This document shows, one piece after another, positions 41,936 to 51,742 of a stretch of 64,000 bases of DNA. Source of the stretch: a virus (lineage: Duplodnaviria > Caudoviricetes); the IMG/VR virus record IMGVR_UViG_3300011008_000034, positions 1 through 64,000 of that record; one strand, 5' to 3'. The notes under the pieces are model-generated. The model had not been told where the DNA came from. It saw only the letters and a list, made by a program, of their open reading frames with translations, and searched no databases. Position 1 is the first letter of the stretch, and each line of letters begins with the position of its first letter. The position numbers and the translations under genes are program-made.

Positions 41936-42030
41936 AAAGAGAGGATTTATTCCTCTCTTTTGATTAAAAATTAGGAGTATCACTCCCTGTATTTTATTTA
42001 TAAATAACAATATACAAGGAGTGATTTTTT

Positions 42031-42621
42031 ATGAATAAATTTTTAATAAAAAATCTCTATAAAAATAAATCTCCTATCCGGAGTAGAATTATAATAGCAA
42101 ATATATATAAAAAATTTGCAAACTTTTTAGATGATTTAAAAAAATTTAAGAAATTTGAAAAGTACTTTATAACAAAAGAAGATTCTGATAAATTAGTAGA
42201 AGAAAAAAAGAAAAATGAAGAAGGAATTTATGATAATGATTTAGAATGGTGGGAACCAACAGGCAAATTAGAAGAATTTTATATGGCTACTCATCCAGGA
42301 AATGGTGGATTAACGCCTTTATATGCGAAATGTCATATGATAGAATTTATACGTAGAGGAAATAGTTATCCAGCATGTTTAGCAGCATTATATAAATGTG
42401 ATGAAAATGGAAAAGAATCTGGTTCTATGATAGGTTATGAATGTTATGAAGATACTACTATAGCGCAAGGATTAAAAAACATGATAGATAAAGGCATGAA
42501 AGGTTGGGGAAAACAATATCATTGTTATGGAAATATTTATTATGATATAGAAGATTTGAAATTAATAGTAATAAAAGCATATGAACAAATTAATAAAGAT
42601 ATAAAAAAAGAGGAGAAATAA
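42031..42621 (+). CDS. module gene A, family A1
   Basis: DDLKKFK.FEKYFIT.ED, EWW..TG, LA.LYK.D.NG...G.M. Confidence 0.78.
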   Translation: MNKFLIKNLYKNKSPIRSRIIIANIYKKFANFLDDLKKFKKFEKYFITKEDSDKLVEEKKKNEEGIYDNDLEWWEPTGKLEEFYMATHPGNGGLTPLYAKCHMIEFIRRGNSYPACLAALYKCDENGKESGSMIGYECYEDTTIAQGLKNMIDKGMKGWGKQYHCYGNIYYDIEDLKLIVIKAYEQINKDIKKEEK

Positions 42622-42674
42622 ATTCTCCTTTTTTATTAAAAACTATTTACATTGGCAAAGAAATGTGTTATAAT
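42602..42674 (+). promoter_or_regulatory. terminator followed by a sigma-A-type promoter for gene B
   Basis: hairpin 42602-42636; AAAACTA-TTTACA(42646-42651)-17-TATAAT(42669-42674). Confidence 0.78.
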
Positions 42675-42705
42675 ATAATCAGGATAAGGAAAGGAGAAAA
42701 TATCA

Positions 42706-43239
42706 ATGAAAGAATTAACTAAACAGATGAAATCAGTTTTAAAAACTTTTGATATGCTTGACAATAGAGACATGACAATTAACGTTTATACAGATATAAA
42801 AAATGATGTAAAGGGATTTATACATTTCGCATATGTCCATTATGTCGGTAGTGGATTAAAAGATACATATAAAGCAAAACTTAAATCAGAATGTCATTCA
42901 TTTGACAATACTGCAGATTTAAATATTGAATTTTCTTCATATGAATCTAATGAAGATAGAATTGTTATTGATAAAACAAAAATGTTATCGCATCGACTTT
43001 TAAAAATAATTTTTTATATTCATGATCGTCAAAAAATGTATGATGTTTATGACATATTTATAAAATGGGGAAACAATCGTCAAAAACCCATAAAATATGA
43101 AGATACTGAAATGACCATGACTATTCCGCCTGATGATCCTAGCGATCCTAATTACAAAACGTACATGAAACAGTGGTTTAAATTTTGTGAAGAAAATCCC
43201 GAATGGATTCAGAAATTAAAAGAAGATGGAGTTATTTAA
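42706..43239 (+). CDS. module gene B, family B1
   Basis: homologous to 23109..23612. Confidence 0.78.
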   Translation: MKELTKQMKSVLKTFDMLDNRDMTINVYTDIKNDVKGFIHFAYVHYVGSGLKDTYKAKLKSECHSFDNTADLNIEFSSYESNEDRIVIDKTKMLSHRLLKIIFYIHDRQKMYDVYDIFIKWGNNRQKPIKYEDTEMTMTIPPDDPSDPNYKTYMKQWFKFCEENPEWIQKLKEDGVI

Positions 43240-43255
43240 AAAGGAAGTGTGACAA

Positions 43256-43558
43256 ATGAGTGATACATTAGAAAAGTTCTTTGAAAAGTATGGCGACTTT
43301 GGCAAAACAGACAAATATTATGGTGATATGCATCAAGTTTTAGCTGGACAAATTTATGCTGGTGGTGTAGATAACAATCCCGGTAAGAAAACTGCATGGG
43401 GATTTGATAAACAAAAACCGAGTTTTGCAGGACGTAAAGACGTTGAAAAAGCAGCAAGAGAATATGCGGAAAGCAGACCTTGCATAACAAGAAAAGCAAC
43501 GTCTGAAGAACTCGCAGAACTCGATAAGTTATTAGCTAAAAAGCGACGTTATAAATGA
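43256..43558 (+). CDS. hypothetical protein
   Basis: RBS present, clean ORF. Confidence 0.7.
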   Translation: MSDTLEKFFEKYGDFGKTDKYYGDMHQVLAGQIYAGGVDNNPGKKTAWGFDKQKPSFAGRKDVEKAAREYAESRPCITRKATSEELAELDKLLAKKRRYK

Positions 43559-43735
43559 TTGAGCACTTTTGAGAATGAATTGTTTTATCCAATTAGAATA
43601 AAATAAACCCCATAAATCAGACAATAAGCTAATTTATGGGGAAAGGTGTATTGTGCCTTTTTTAGATTACAATTATGCAAAATACAAAATTATATAATAA
43701 AAAGACACGGTGAATAAAATGTTTTTGCATTTTAT

Positions 43736-43993
43736 TCACTTTTCTCTTTTTTGTAGTCTTTTTTTACCTTCGCATCCTCCAAAATCTCCGCCTATACTTA
43801 AATCATAGCCTTGATAAGACCCGCCAGCACTGTCACTAGAACTATCAGTTGCTCCGTAATCATCTCCGCCATAATTTCCTGCATTATCATAATAATCACC
43901 ATAGCCCCAAAGCCAAGGATAACCATAAAAAGCATGATACGGGTACTGATTTGAAGGAGTTTTTTTTACTAATCTTTTCAAACTAATCACCAT
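43736..43993 (-). CDS. Gly/Tyr/Asp-rich low-complexity protein with KRLVKK leader
   Basis: ORF translation. Confidence 0.6.
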   Translation of the reverse strand: MVISLKRLVKKTPSNQYPYHAFYGYPWLWGYGDYYDNAGNYGGDDYGATDSSSDSAGGSYQGYDLSIGGDFGGCEGKKRLQKREK

Positions 43994-44261
43994 ATTTAAA
44001 AATATATTCTGATATGATTTTTTTTCTTATATTCAAAATATCTTGTTTCGCCTTCTCAATGAAATTATTATATGTAGCATTATTATTAATAAAGATATTT
44101 TTCATAAATATCTTTTCTGTTCTTAACATTTCATCTATGATAATATATCGTCCATGCAAATGTTTCTCATTAGAAAAAATAGTTATTTTCAAAGGAATGT
44201 ATTCGCGTCCGATTTCATATGTAACCATAATAGAAAAATGTTTTTTATTAATAATTATCAT
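43983..44261 (-). CDS. hypothetical protein
   Basis: coupled ORF in a minus-strand operon. Confidence 0.55.
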   Translation of the reverse strand: MIIINKKHFSIMVTYEIGREYIPLKITIFSNEKHLHGRYIIIDEMLRTEKIFMKNIFINNNATYNNFIEKAKQDILNIRKKIISEYIFKYGD

Positions 44262-44925
44262 ATAGAGTCATTCCTACTTTATTGACATAATCTCCATATA
44301 TAATAGAAATAGTTTCCATTAACTGTTCAAATTCTTGACATGTATATAAATATTTAATTGGCTGATTATTATAATCAATATTGATTCGATAAAATATATC
44401 TTTTCTTTTAAAAATATCTACCAATGAATATTTATCCATATTTTTTAAAATAGCATTGATGTCAATAAATAATCTATTTCGTTGAGAAGTAAAATTATAA
44501 TCGCAATATGCTAATATAAATGGAAAACAAACTTGTTGAACATATTTTTCTATATCTTTTTGTCTAATCATACATTCATAATGTAAAAAATTATCACTAA
44601 ATAAAATTTCTTTTATTGATACAATTTTGACATCTATTCCAACATTATAGATAGAATTAAAATCAATGCCTGTATATTTATCATTAGTAATACTATAAAT
44701 AGATTTGTCTCCTTTATATGTAAAAAATCTTTTACATAAATTGCTTTCATAAAAATCTATTTCCGCCATACGCCCTTCAATTAATCGTTCTTCAAATTCT
44801 TCTAAAGGTTGGATAGTTTTTTGATATATTGGCATAGTAATATCATTGAATATGGGTGATGTTTGAACTAAATGTTTCATAAAATTTGATTGATATTTAG
44901 CTAATAATTTCTCCTTTAATCTCAT
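44248..44925 (-). CDS. hypothetical protein
   Basis: coupled ORF. Confidence 0.65.
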   Translation of the reverse strand: MRLKEKLLAKYQSNFMKHLVQTSPIFNDITMPIYQKTIQPLEEFEERLIEGRMAEIDFYESNLCKRFFTYKGDKSIYSITNDKYTGIDFNSIYNVGIDVKIVSIKEILFSDNFLHYECMIRQKDIEKYVQQVCFPFILAYCDYNFTSQRNRLFIDINAILKNMDKYSLVDIFKRKDIFYRINIDYNNQPIKYLYTCQEFEQLMETISIIYGDYVNKVGMTLYDNY

Positions 44926-45967
44926 TATATTTTTCCTTTAATATATGATATAAAATAAATTGATTGGATTGAATGATTTTATCATATTCTGTAAAAAACA
45001 TATCATCATTCATATTCTGGAATTGTTTGACACGTTTTTTCTCTCTTAAATAAAACCAGATGTTTTTAAATGCTTCATCTCTATCTGAAATACATTTAAA
45101 TTTATTATATATGGTTTGAAAAATATCATGATTTTTATAATAAAATTTATCTTGTCTCCATGAAACTGGATAATTAAAAATAATTAAATCTTTTTGTGGA
45201 ATAATTTTTATATCATCATTACTTCTAAAATCTGTATAAATATCTTCTTTGAAAATGACTTTATATTTTAAATTATTACGTTTTGCAAGCTGCATTCCGG
45301 CAAAACAACGCTCATTGTAATCTAATGGTTTTGCCGCATACACTTCTATGATTTTTTTATCCATAATAATATTGGGGCGATAATAATAAGTTTCATTTTT
45401 ATATTGATACGAAGTAAATAAAGTACAGTTTTTAGTATTAATATGTTCATATAAAAAATTTAATTCTGTAGTATTAGAAAAAAATACACCTTTATATAAG
45501 CCACATAAAGAATTTTTAATTTTAAATACTTTGCGAATAATATTCTCTTCGTTTGTTTTTGGTTTTTGCAATCTTTTCCTTGGTTTAGGCGGTTTTTTTG
45601 GACGAGATTGATTAATGCGGACTGATATACAAGAATTACAAATTGATTCGTCTTTAAAATGTTGTCTGGCTTTTAATTGCCGAACTTGTTTGATTTCTGT
45701 TGTGTTACATTTTTTGCAAACATATTTAACATATTGTTTTGAAAATTCAGAAAAATATTCCTTATATTTAAAATAAATGTCATAAGAAAGAGGATATTGT
45801 TTATCCCCTTTTATATAAAAAAGTTCTTCTGGAAAATTTTTAGTTTTTAATTGTTTTACAGTACTATAACAACGTCCACATAAATTTTCTTTTAATCCTA
45901 AATTTTTTCTGTCTTGAATTTGGTTGTCATTTAGAGTAATTTCTTTTTTACATCTTTCACAAATCAT
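44897..45967 (-). CDS. degenerate homing-endonuclease-like protein (paralog of 46223..47380)
   Basis: CxxC pairs, GLYKGVFF...EL.FL; the PD..ExK site reads PN...EVY. Confidence 0.6.
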   Translation of the reverse strand: MICERCKKEITLNDNQIQDRKNLGLKENLCGRCYSTVKQLKTKNFPEELFYIKGDKQYPLSYDIYFKYKEYFSEFSKQYVKYVCKKCNTTEIKQVRQLKARQHFKDESICNSCISVRINQSRPKKPPKPRKRLQKPKTNEENIIRKVFKIKNSLCGLYKGVFFSNTTELNFLYEHINTKNCTLFTSYQYKNETYYYRPNIIMDKKIIEVYAAKPLDYNERCFAGMQLAKRNNLKYKVIFKEDIYTDFRSNDDIKIIPQKDLIIFNYPVSWRQDKFYYKNHDIFQTIYNKFKCISDRDEAFKNIWFYLREKKRVKQFQNMNDDMFFTEYDKIIQSNQFILYHILKEKYNEIKGEIIS

Positions 45968-45987
45968 TATTGGTCGGCCTTTCTTAA

Positions 45988-46257
45988 TTACTCAATTTCA
46001 CAAAGTACGTCATCTTCTTCTAATTTTCCGGCTTCTATCCAAATTGGAATTCTTACTCCATTATCGAAGTCTTCTTTTTTTATGGCTAGTATTTTGTGAT
46101 CCTGAGTAATTCCCTCAATTTTTAGATTATTATCCATATACAATTTTACCATATTTTCGTCCACATGGTAAATAAATTTACTATCAACTATATGTAATTG
46201 TTCGTCTTTGGAGTAAACAACATCACACTTTAATTTGTCCATTTTTTGATTGTTCAA
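45988..46257 (-). pseudogene. orphan truncated copy of the dnaE split-intein N part
   Basis: GITQDHKILAIKKEDFDNGVRIPIWIEAGKLEEDDVLCEIE nearly matches the end of 47381..48871; lacks Cys1 and the extein. Confidence 0.8.
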
Positions 46258-47380
46258 AAATATAAAATATGATAAATAACGGAGAATCTAAAACTTTTAA
46301 ATATTCTTCGGTGAATTTACTTATTGACATACGATTAAATTTATTGACCAATTTTTTCTCTTTTAAGAAAAACTGAATATTGTTCATCATTGATTCTCTA
46401 TTTGTATCTTGTTTATATAATGCTAATAAGTCTTGTACCCATTTTTTGTTTTTATAATAATATTTATTATTTTCAGTATCCCATAATTTTGGATAATGAG
46501 TTAAAATTAATTCATCATCTGGAATTTTTTCTAATAATTCAGGCTCATCAAATTTTTCAATAATGCAATTAGCATCATACAAAAGATATTGCATGTTATG
46601 TTCTTTTGCTAATTTTTTTCCAGCATTACATTTGTTTATATAATCATCAAAACAATTTTTTTCATTAGAATCAAAACTACCCTTATTTCCTTTTACTTCA
46701 ACAATATAATTATTCATAATAAAATTAGGAAAGTAATAATGTAATTTTTGGTCTTTTTTACGAATATATTGTGTATATAAATTACAGTTTGAAATTTGCT
46801 TATCTTGATTTTCATATAAAAACGATAATTCAAAACTACTAGCAAAGTAAATCCCTTTATAAAAACCACGTAATGTATTACTTTTTCCAAATGTACGTTT
46901 TATTGCAAAATACGGGTCTGATTTAACTAAAACTTCTATTGAGTCTTTTATCTTATTTTTTACTTCATCTTTACATTGAACTTTTTTCTGAGCTTCACTA
47001 TTTTTTTGTTTCCATTCTGGTAAATTGCAAACATATTCCATAATATGGTTAGGACAGATGTTTAAGTCTTTTGTATATGTTTTACGTTTTAATCCGCGTG
47101 GTTGATTTATAAATTCTTTACCACATACTAAACAATTAAATTTTACATATTCATGATTATGCATTGTGAATAAATCTTTATATTTTACATACAAATCCCA
47201 AGGAATAGGATTTAATTTTGTTCCTAAATACCATAATTCCTGAGGACGATTTTTCTTAATATATGATTTTACAACTCTAAAACATCGAGGACATGTATCT
47301 ATATGTATACCTAAATCTTTTCGTTTTTGAATTCCTTTTTCTTTTTGCGGAAATTCCTTTCCACATCTAATACATTTCAT
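46223..47380 (-). CDS. homing-endonuclease-like protein abutting IntN
   Basis: CxxC pairs, GFYKGIYFASSFEL, YFPNFI...EVKG (PD changed to PN). Confidence 0.65.
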   Translation of the reverse strand: MKCIRCGKEFPQKEKGIQKRKDLGIHIDTCPRCFRVVKSYIKKNRPQELWYLGTKLNPIPWDLYVKYKDLFTMHNHEYVKFNCLVCGKEFINQPRGLKRKTYTKDLNICPNHIMEYVCNLPEWKQKNSEAQKKVQCKDEVKNKIKDSIEVLVKSDPYFAIKRTFGKSNTLRGFYKGIYFASSFELSFLYENQDKQISNCNLYTQYIRKKDQKLHYYFPNFIMNNYIVEVKGNKGSFDSNEKNCFDDYINKCNAGKKLAKEHNMQYLLYDANCIIEKFDEPELLEKIPDDELILTHYPKLWDTENNKYYYKNKKWVQDLLALYKQDTNRESMMNNIQFFLKEKKLVNKFNRMSISKFTEEYLKVLDSPLFIIFYIFEQSKNGQIKV

Positions 47381-48871
47381 TTACTCCACCTCGCACAAAA
47401 TATCTCCTTCTTCTAATTTATTTGCTTCAATCCATATGGGAATTCTTATACCATTATCAAAATCTTTCTGCTTTATTGCTAAAACTTTATGGTCTTTTGT
47501 AATTCCCTTAATAATATTATCATTTGTAGATAAAGAAACTAAATCTTCATTGACATTATAAATATATTTATTATCAACAGGATATAATTTTTCATTTTTA
47601 GCAAAAACTAAATTGCCTATTTGAATGTCTTTAATTTGTTTGAATCCATGATTTGTTAAAACGTTACAATCTCCAACCAAGCATCCTCTCCCACTTCCGC
47701 AAGGTATTTTTGCTTTATTTCGCACAAAATCAATAATCTCACGATATAAAATAAAGTATGTTTCAAATCCCATTTCTTCGATTGTTTTTAATTCATGTAA
47801 TGCGCGAATTCGATCACTTTTAGTTAAACACCATTTTTGGACCAATCCATTTAAAAATTCATATTCTAAATATTGGGTTTTGTCTTTTTTATCGGATTTA
47901 ATCTGTTCTTTCCAGTAATTATAAGCTTCATCATCTTGAGGAATTTCTGCAGATGGCAAATAATGATTTAAGGTTTTTAATTCTACATTACATTGACTTG
48001 CAATATCTTCCGTTCGTTCAATAGCATCTAATACTAATTTTTGATTTAAATCTCCATGAAAATCTTGAAATGCTTTTATGATTTCATCTTTAGTCATGAT
48101 ATAATAAGTATTTCCTTCATATGTCCACCTGTCAGGATTGCTCATAACATCTTTTGACTGCATACATAATAATACATCATGAGCTTCTTTAAATGTTTTA
48201 TTAATGTAATGAGCATCAGTTGTAGCCACTGTAGGAATTCCCATTTCTTGACTTAATTGCAATAATACTTCATTGACTATTCCTTGCTGTTTAATTACAG
48301 TAGGCTGGATTTCTAAATAAAAATTATGATTGAATAATTTATCATAATAGGCAATCCATTTTTTAGCTTCTTCTATATCATCTTTTAAAATGCACCTGGG
48401 AATTCTTCCTGCAACACATGCAGATGTAGCTATTAGATGGTCTGTCCCAATTTCTTCTAGCATACTATCATCAATACGTGGACGATAATAAAATCCTTTT
48501 GTAAATCCTAAACTAGATAATTTTGAAATTTGTTTATATCCTTCGTAATCTTTAGCTAAAATAATCATATGTTCATTTGGATGGTCTTTGTAATGTTCTT
48601 TGTCTTTATTCAAAGCATCATCTGTTACATAAAATTCTTCTCCAATAATCTGATGAATATTATAATTTTTACATAAATTATAATGAAACATTGTGGCATA
48701 TAAATTCCCATGATCTGTAATGCAACTATGTATCGTATGATTTTCATTATGTTTTTGATTAAATTCTTCTGTAATTGCTTTATTTCTTACTACTAAATCT
48801 TCCATTCTTAAACAAGAATCTAATAACGAGTATTGGGAATGTACATGTAAATTGACAAACATTTTTGGCAT
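47381..48871 (-). CDS. dnaE: DNA polymerase III alpha N-terminal part (PHP domain) fused to split-intein N part (100 aa, 47384-47683)
   Basis: LHVHSQYSLLD, TDHGN, FYYRPRID, TTDAHY, GSGRG|CLVGD (intein block A), GITKDH (block B), ends L..GD.L. Confidence 0.93.
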   Translation of the reverse strand: MPKMFVNLHVHSQYSLLDSCLRMEDLVVRNKAITEEFNQKHNENHTIHSCITDHGNLYATMFHYNLCKNYNIHQIIGEEFYVTDDALNKDKEHYKDHPNEHMIILAKDYEGYKQISKLSSLGFTKGFYYRPRIDDSMLEEIGTDHLIATSACVAGRIPRCILKDDIEEAKKWIAYYDKLFNHNFYLEIQPTVIKQQGIVNEVLLQLSQEMGIPTVATTDAHYINKTFKEAHDVLLCMQSKDVMSNPDRWTYEGNTYYIMTKDEIIKAFQDFHGDLNQKLVLDAIERTEDIASQCNVELKTLNHYLPSAEIPQDDEAYNYWKEQIKSDKKDKTQYLEYEFLNGLVQKWCLTKSDRIRALHELKTIEEMGFETYFILYREIIDFVRNKAKIPCGSGRGCLVGDCNVLTNHGFKQIKDIQIGNLVFAKNEKLYPVDNKYIYNVNEDLVSLSTNDNIIKGITKDHKVLAIKQKDFDNGIRIPIWIEANKLEEGDILCEVE

Positions 48872-48914
48872 ATCTCTTCACCTCTTATGAAAAAGAGGAG
48901 TATTTTTACTCCCC

Positions 48915-49883
48915 TTATAATTCTCCATATCTGTCTAAAATAAATACTAATTCATTTGTAATAAGTTTCTTAAATTTATCTAATGTCTTTTGGCTATAAT
49001 GCATTTTTCTATAATTATATAATGCTAAGAAAGCTGCATTTGAACGCCAGTATTCTGAGTCAATATCTAATAACATTTTCTCTATGGTTTCTACATCTAT
49101 TAATCCAATCATTTTTCGAGTAGTTTGTTCTACATTTAAAAATGTTTGAATATCATTGGAACTGAATTTTCGTTCAATTTCTAAAGAACCATAGACAATT
49201 TGTTGTTCTTGCATAATATCATTTGCCCAAGATAATTGTTCTTTATATAAATGGAAAGAATCAACTATATGAGTATATATACCGACATTAAGATTTAATT
49301 TATTTGCCATAATTGACTGTAATGTAGAAAAATTAAAAACATCATAGGGATATCCAAACATGATATCATTACTTCTCATAAATACAATCATATTTAATTT
49401 ATTTTCTCTAATAGAAAAACGAATTAAATTGGTACATGGTTTATCTTTTGTTGGCTGATAATCTCTTGTTGGGTCAAATAATACTATGGTAGCTTGTCGT
49501 GAATTTGGGTCTTTTTGCAATTGATGAAAAGCTTCTTCGAATTGATTTATTCCATGATAATCAAAAATTCTCTGGCCATAAGCACCATTTAATGTTACAC
49601 CATCATCAGAATAATTTAACCAATTTTTATTATAATGAGCAATATGATTTGCATCATTACTCTTTTGAAGAATCCATCCTAATTCACCTAACATAAAACC
49701 ATAATTGAGCTTTCTAGAATCACTGAAGATGACATTTTTCAATGGTTCCTTTATGGTTATAGATACTGGCGATATTTCTAACGTATCCATGCCTCTAGGA
49801 GATACTGATTTTCCTTCATTTATTAATGTTCGGATTAAGACAGGATATGAATCAGTAAAAGTTTTAAATTCAAATATTCTCAT
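48915..49883 (-). CDS. thymidylate-synthase-superfamily dCMP hydroxymethylase (T4 gp42-like specificity)
   Basis: YGQR, SRQA, D.PCT, MRSND..FGYPYD; Asp at the position where ThyA has Asn. Confidence 0.8.
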   Translation of the reverse strand: MRIFEFKTFTDSYPVLIRTLINEGKSVSPRGMDTLEISPVSITIKEPLKNVIFSDSRKLNYGFMLGELGWILQKSNDANHIAHYNKNWLNYSDDGVTLNGAYGQRIFDYHGINQFEEAFHQLQKDPNSRQATIVLFDPTRDYQPTKDKPCTNLIRFSIRENKLNMIVFMRSNDIMFGYPYDVFNFSTLQSIMANKLNLNVGIYTHIVDSFHLYKEQLSWANDIMQEQQIVYGSLEIERKFSSNDIQTFLNVEQTTRKMIGLIDVETIEKMLLDIDSEYWRSNAAFLALYNYRKMHYSQKTLDKFKKLITNELVFILDRYGEL

Positions 49884-49894
49884 AATATATTCCC

Positions 49895-50146
49895 TTAAAT
49901 ATTCTCTACTACATTTAATTTATTGACATAAAAAAACAGGTCATTTCCATAATATACATGAACCTTAAAAGAATTTTCTTTCTCTTCAAAAATCTGATCT
50001 TCACTGTAGATTTCTTTGATTTTCTTTAACATTTGTTTAACTGAATTTTCAGTATAGATTTCATTTCCAAAAATCTGAGACTTCTCAACAAACTTCTTGT
50101 TAATAACATCATAAGAATCAAACATAATCAAATACATTTCAATCAC
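49895..50146 (-). CDS. hypothetical protein
   Basis: GAGGTG RBS. Confidence 0.6.
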   Translation of the reverse strand: MIEMYLIMFDSYDVINKKFVEKSQIFGNEIYTENSVKQMLKKIKEIYSEDQIFEEKENSFKVHVYYGNDLFFYVNKLNVVENI

Positions 50147-50217
50147 CTCTTAAATTAATTATATTTAAACACTAAAAAAGCAAGATTCCTAAATTAGAAT
50201 CTTGCTTTATTTGTTAA

Positions 50218-50610
50218 TTAAATTGTGTAATTAAAAATCAATTTGTTAAGATTTTCATATGTAAGAGTATCTTTCGTATAGTATGTTAATTTAATGGTTT
50301 TATTATCAATGAAATTTAATTCAACATCATAATCATTAGAAAATCTAATACAATCAATGATTAAAATTGAATCATATTTATCAATGATATCTTCAATTAC
50401 AGTTGAATCAGAAAAAAACATATGTTTATCATCAAGAAATACATTCCCTAATACTTGTTGTGTATGCAAACAACATAATGGTAAAAAATTATCCTGATAA
50501 TCTTTTGATATACAAAAAATACCTACATCTTTTTTTGTATTAAAGAAATTTATTAATCGAACACCAATTTCATGAACTTTTGAATTTAGTTTTTCATACA
50601 TACAAAACAC
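50218..50610 (-). CDS. module gene B, family B2
   Basis: homologous to 51268, 57190, 60414 (YD.I....G.......D.......K.T.Y). Confidence 0.75.
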   Translation of the reverse strand: MFCMYEKLNSKVHEIGVRLINFFNTKKDVGIFCISKDYQDNFLPLCCLHTQQVLGNVFLDDKHMFFSDSTVIEDIIDKYDSILIIDCIRFSNDYDVELNFIDNKTIKLTYYTKDTLTYENLNKLIFNYTI

Positions 50611-50663
50611 CTCTTTTCTTGAATTTATTATATCACAGAAAAGAGGTGTTGTAAATAGTTTTT
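50606..50663 (-). promoter_or_regulatory. sigma-A-type promoter inside an RBS-sequestering hairpin
   Basis: TTTACA(50655-50650)-17-TATAAT(50632-50627); perfect 14-bp arms 50637-50650 / 50606-50619. Confidence 0.8.
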
Positions 50664-51181
50664 TATATATTTTTCATTGCGACATTAAATGCTTCATCAA
50701 AAGTTTCAAAATTACCTATAGTTGCATATGAATCAATTGTATCACCACTAGTTGCTGAAAATTTATTTTTAACTTGCCCGCCGTATACATCATATCTTTT
50801 TACAAATGGGTCTTTTCTGACTAATTTATCTGGAGTAACATTTTCTTTGGTCGATAACATTTGTCCTTTTGTATCATGTGGCCATGAAATTAAAAATGTT
50901 TCATAACGTCCTGTTTTATTAATTTCTTTAAATGTATAGATTTCATTATAAAAAATAATTGGAAATTTTATAGTTTCCTTTTCTTTATTTGTTAATGCTT
51001 GATAACAATAAAATCCATAAAATCCAATTTCTCGATTAAATGTACCTACTCTTTCATATTTACTTTTATCTAATACATAACCATATCCTTTGTCTTCCAA
51101 AATTTTTAAACAATCTTCATCTGAAAATGGACTATTAGCATTATTTTGTACAGCACTAAAATGTTTCACTAATCGTTTCAT
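50663..51181 (-). CDS. module gene A, family A2 (MKRLVK leader)
   Basis: homologous to the C-half of 57731..58639 (FSDE.C, PIIFYNE.Y.F, ET.L.SW..D..G). Confidence 0.78.
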   Translation of the reverse strand: MKRLVKHFSAVQNNANSPFSDEDCLKILEDKGYGYVLDKSKYERVGTFNREIGFYGFYCYQALTNKEKETIKFPIIFYNEIYTFKEINKTGRYETFLISWPHDTKGQMLSTKENVTPDKLVRKDPFVKRYDVYGGQVKNKFSATSGDTIDSYATIGNFETFDEAFNVAMKNI

Positions 51182-51267
51182 AAAAAATCACCTCTAATTT
51201 TATTATAGAGGTGATTAAATAAAATAGGATTCTTAAATCAGAATTTTGCTTTATTTGTTATTAATTT

Positions 51268-51738
51268 TCACAAAAGATGTTTATATTCCGGCTTTATCTC
51301 TTTATGCCATTTATGAGGCGCATCATCAATATAATTATACATACGGCAATCGAATGATTCTGATAAAACAAATTCCATTTCCCATGTAAATGTTTCACAT
51401 ACAGAATATTCAACAATAACTTCTTTTTCATTTTTTACGAAAAAATGTATATCTGTTTTCTTTTGAAAACGTTTACCTGTAATATGAATAATGAAATCAT
51501 ATTGATTATAAATTTCTTTTAAATCAGTATTTCTATCATCATAAAAATCTACATTAATATCTCTTAATTCCATAAATTGATGTTTATAGCATAATACTGA
51601 AAATAAATCATTATAGTTATTGTGTTCCTTTATATGGCAAAATATACATGCTGATTTTTTGTTTTTTGATATTTTTAGTAATTCAATTCCTACATTTAAA
51701 TTTAACTGTCCAATTCTATCCTGTTCAATCATATCCAT
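51268..51738 (-). CDS. orphan module gene B, family B2
   Basis: homology to B2 genes; same promoter-hairpin; no intact A gene upstream. Confidence 0.75.
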   Translation of the reverse strand: MDMIEQDRIGQLNLNVGIELLKISKNKKSACIFCHIKEHNNYNDLFSVLCYKHQFMELRDINVDFYDDRNTDLKEIYNQYDFIIHITGKRFQKKTDIHFFVKNEKEVIVEYSVCETFTWEMEFVLSESFDCRMYNYIDDAPHKWHKEIKPEYKHLL

Positions 51739-51742
51739 TTCG

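Noticed and set aside
48915-49883. Second TS gene as a redundant thyA or a dUMP hydroxymethylase
   Set aside because: It has Asp at the specificity position, a canonical ThyA is present, and an AGT-like gene lies nearby, all favouring dCMP as substrate
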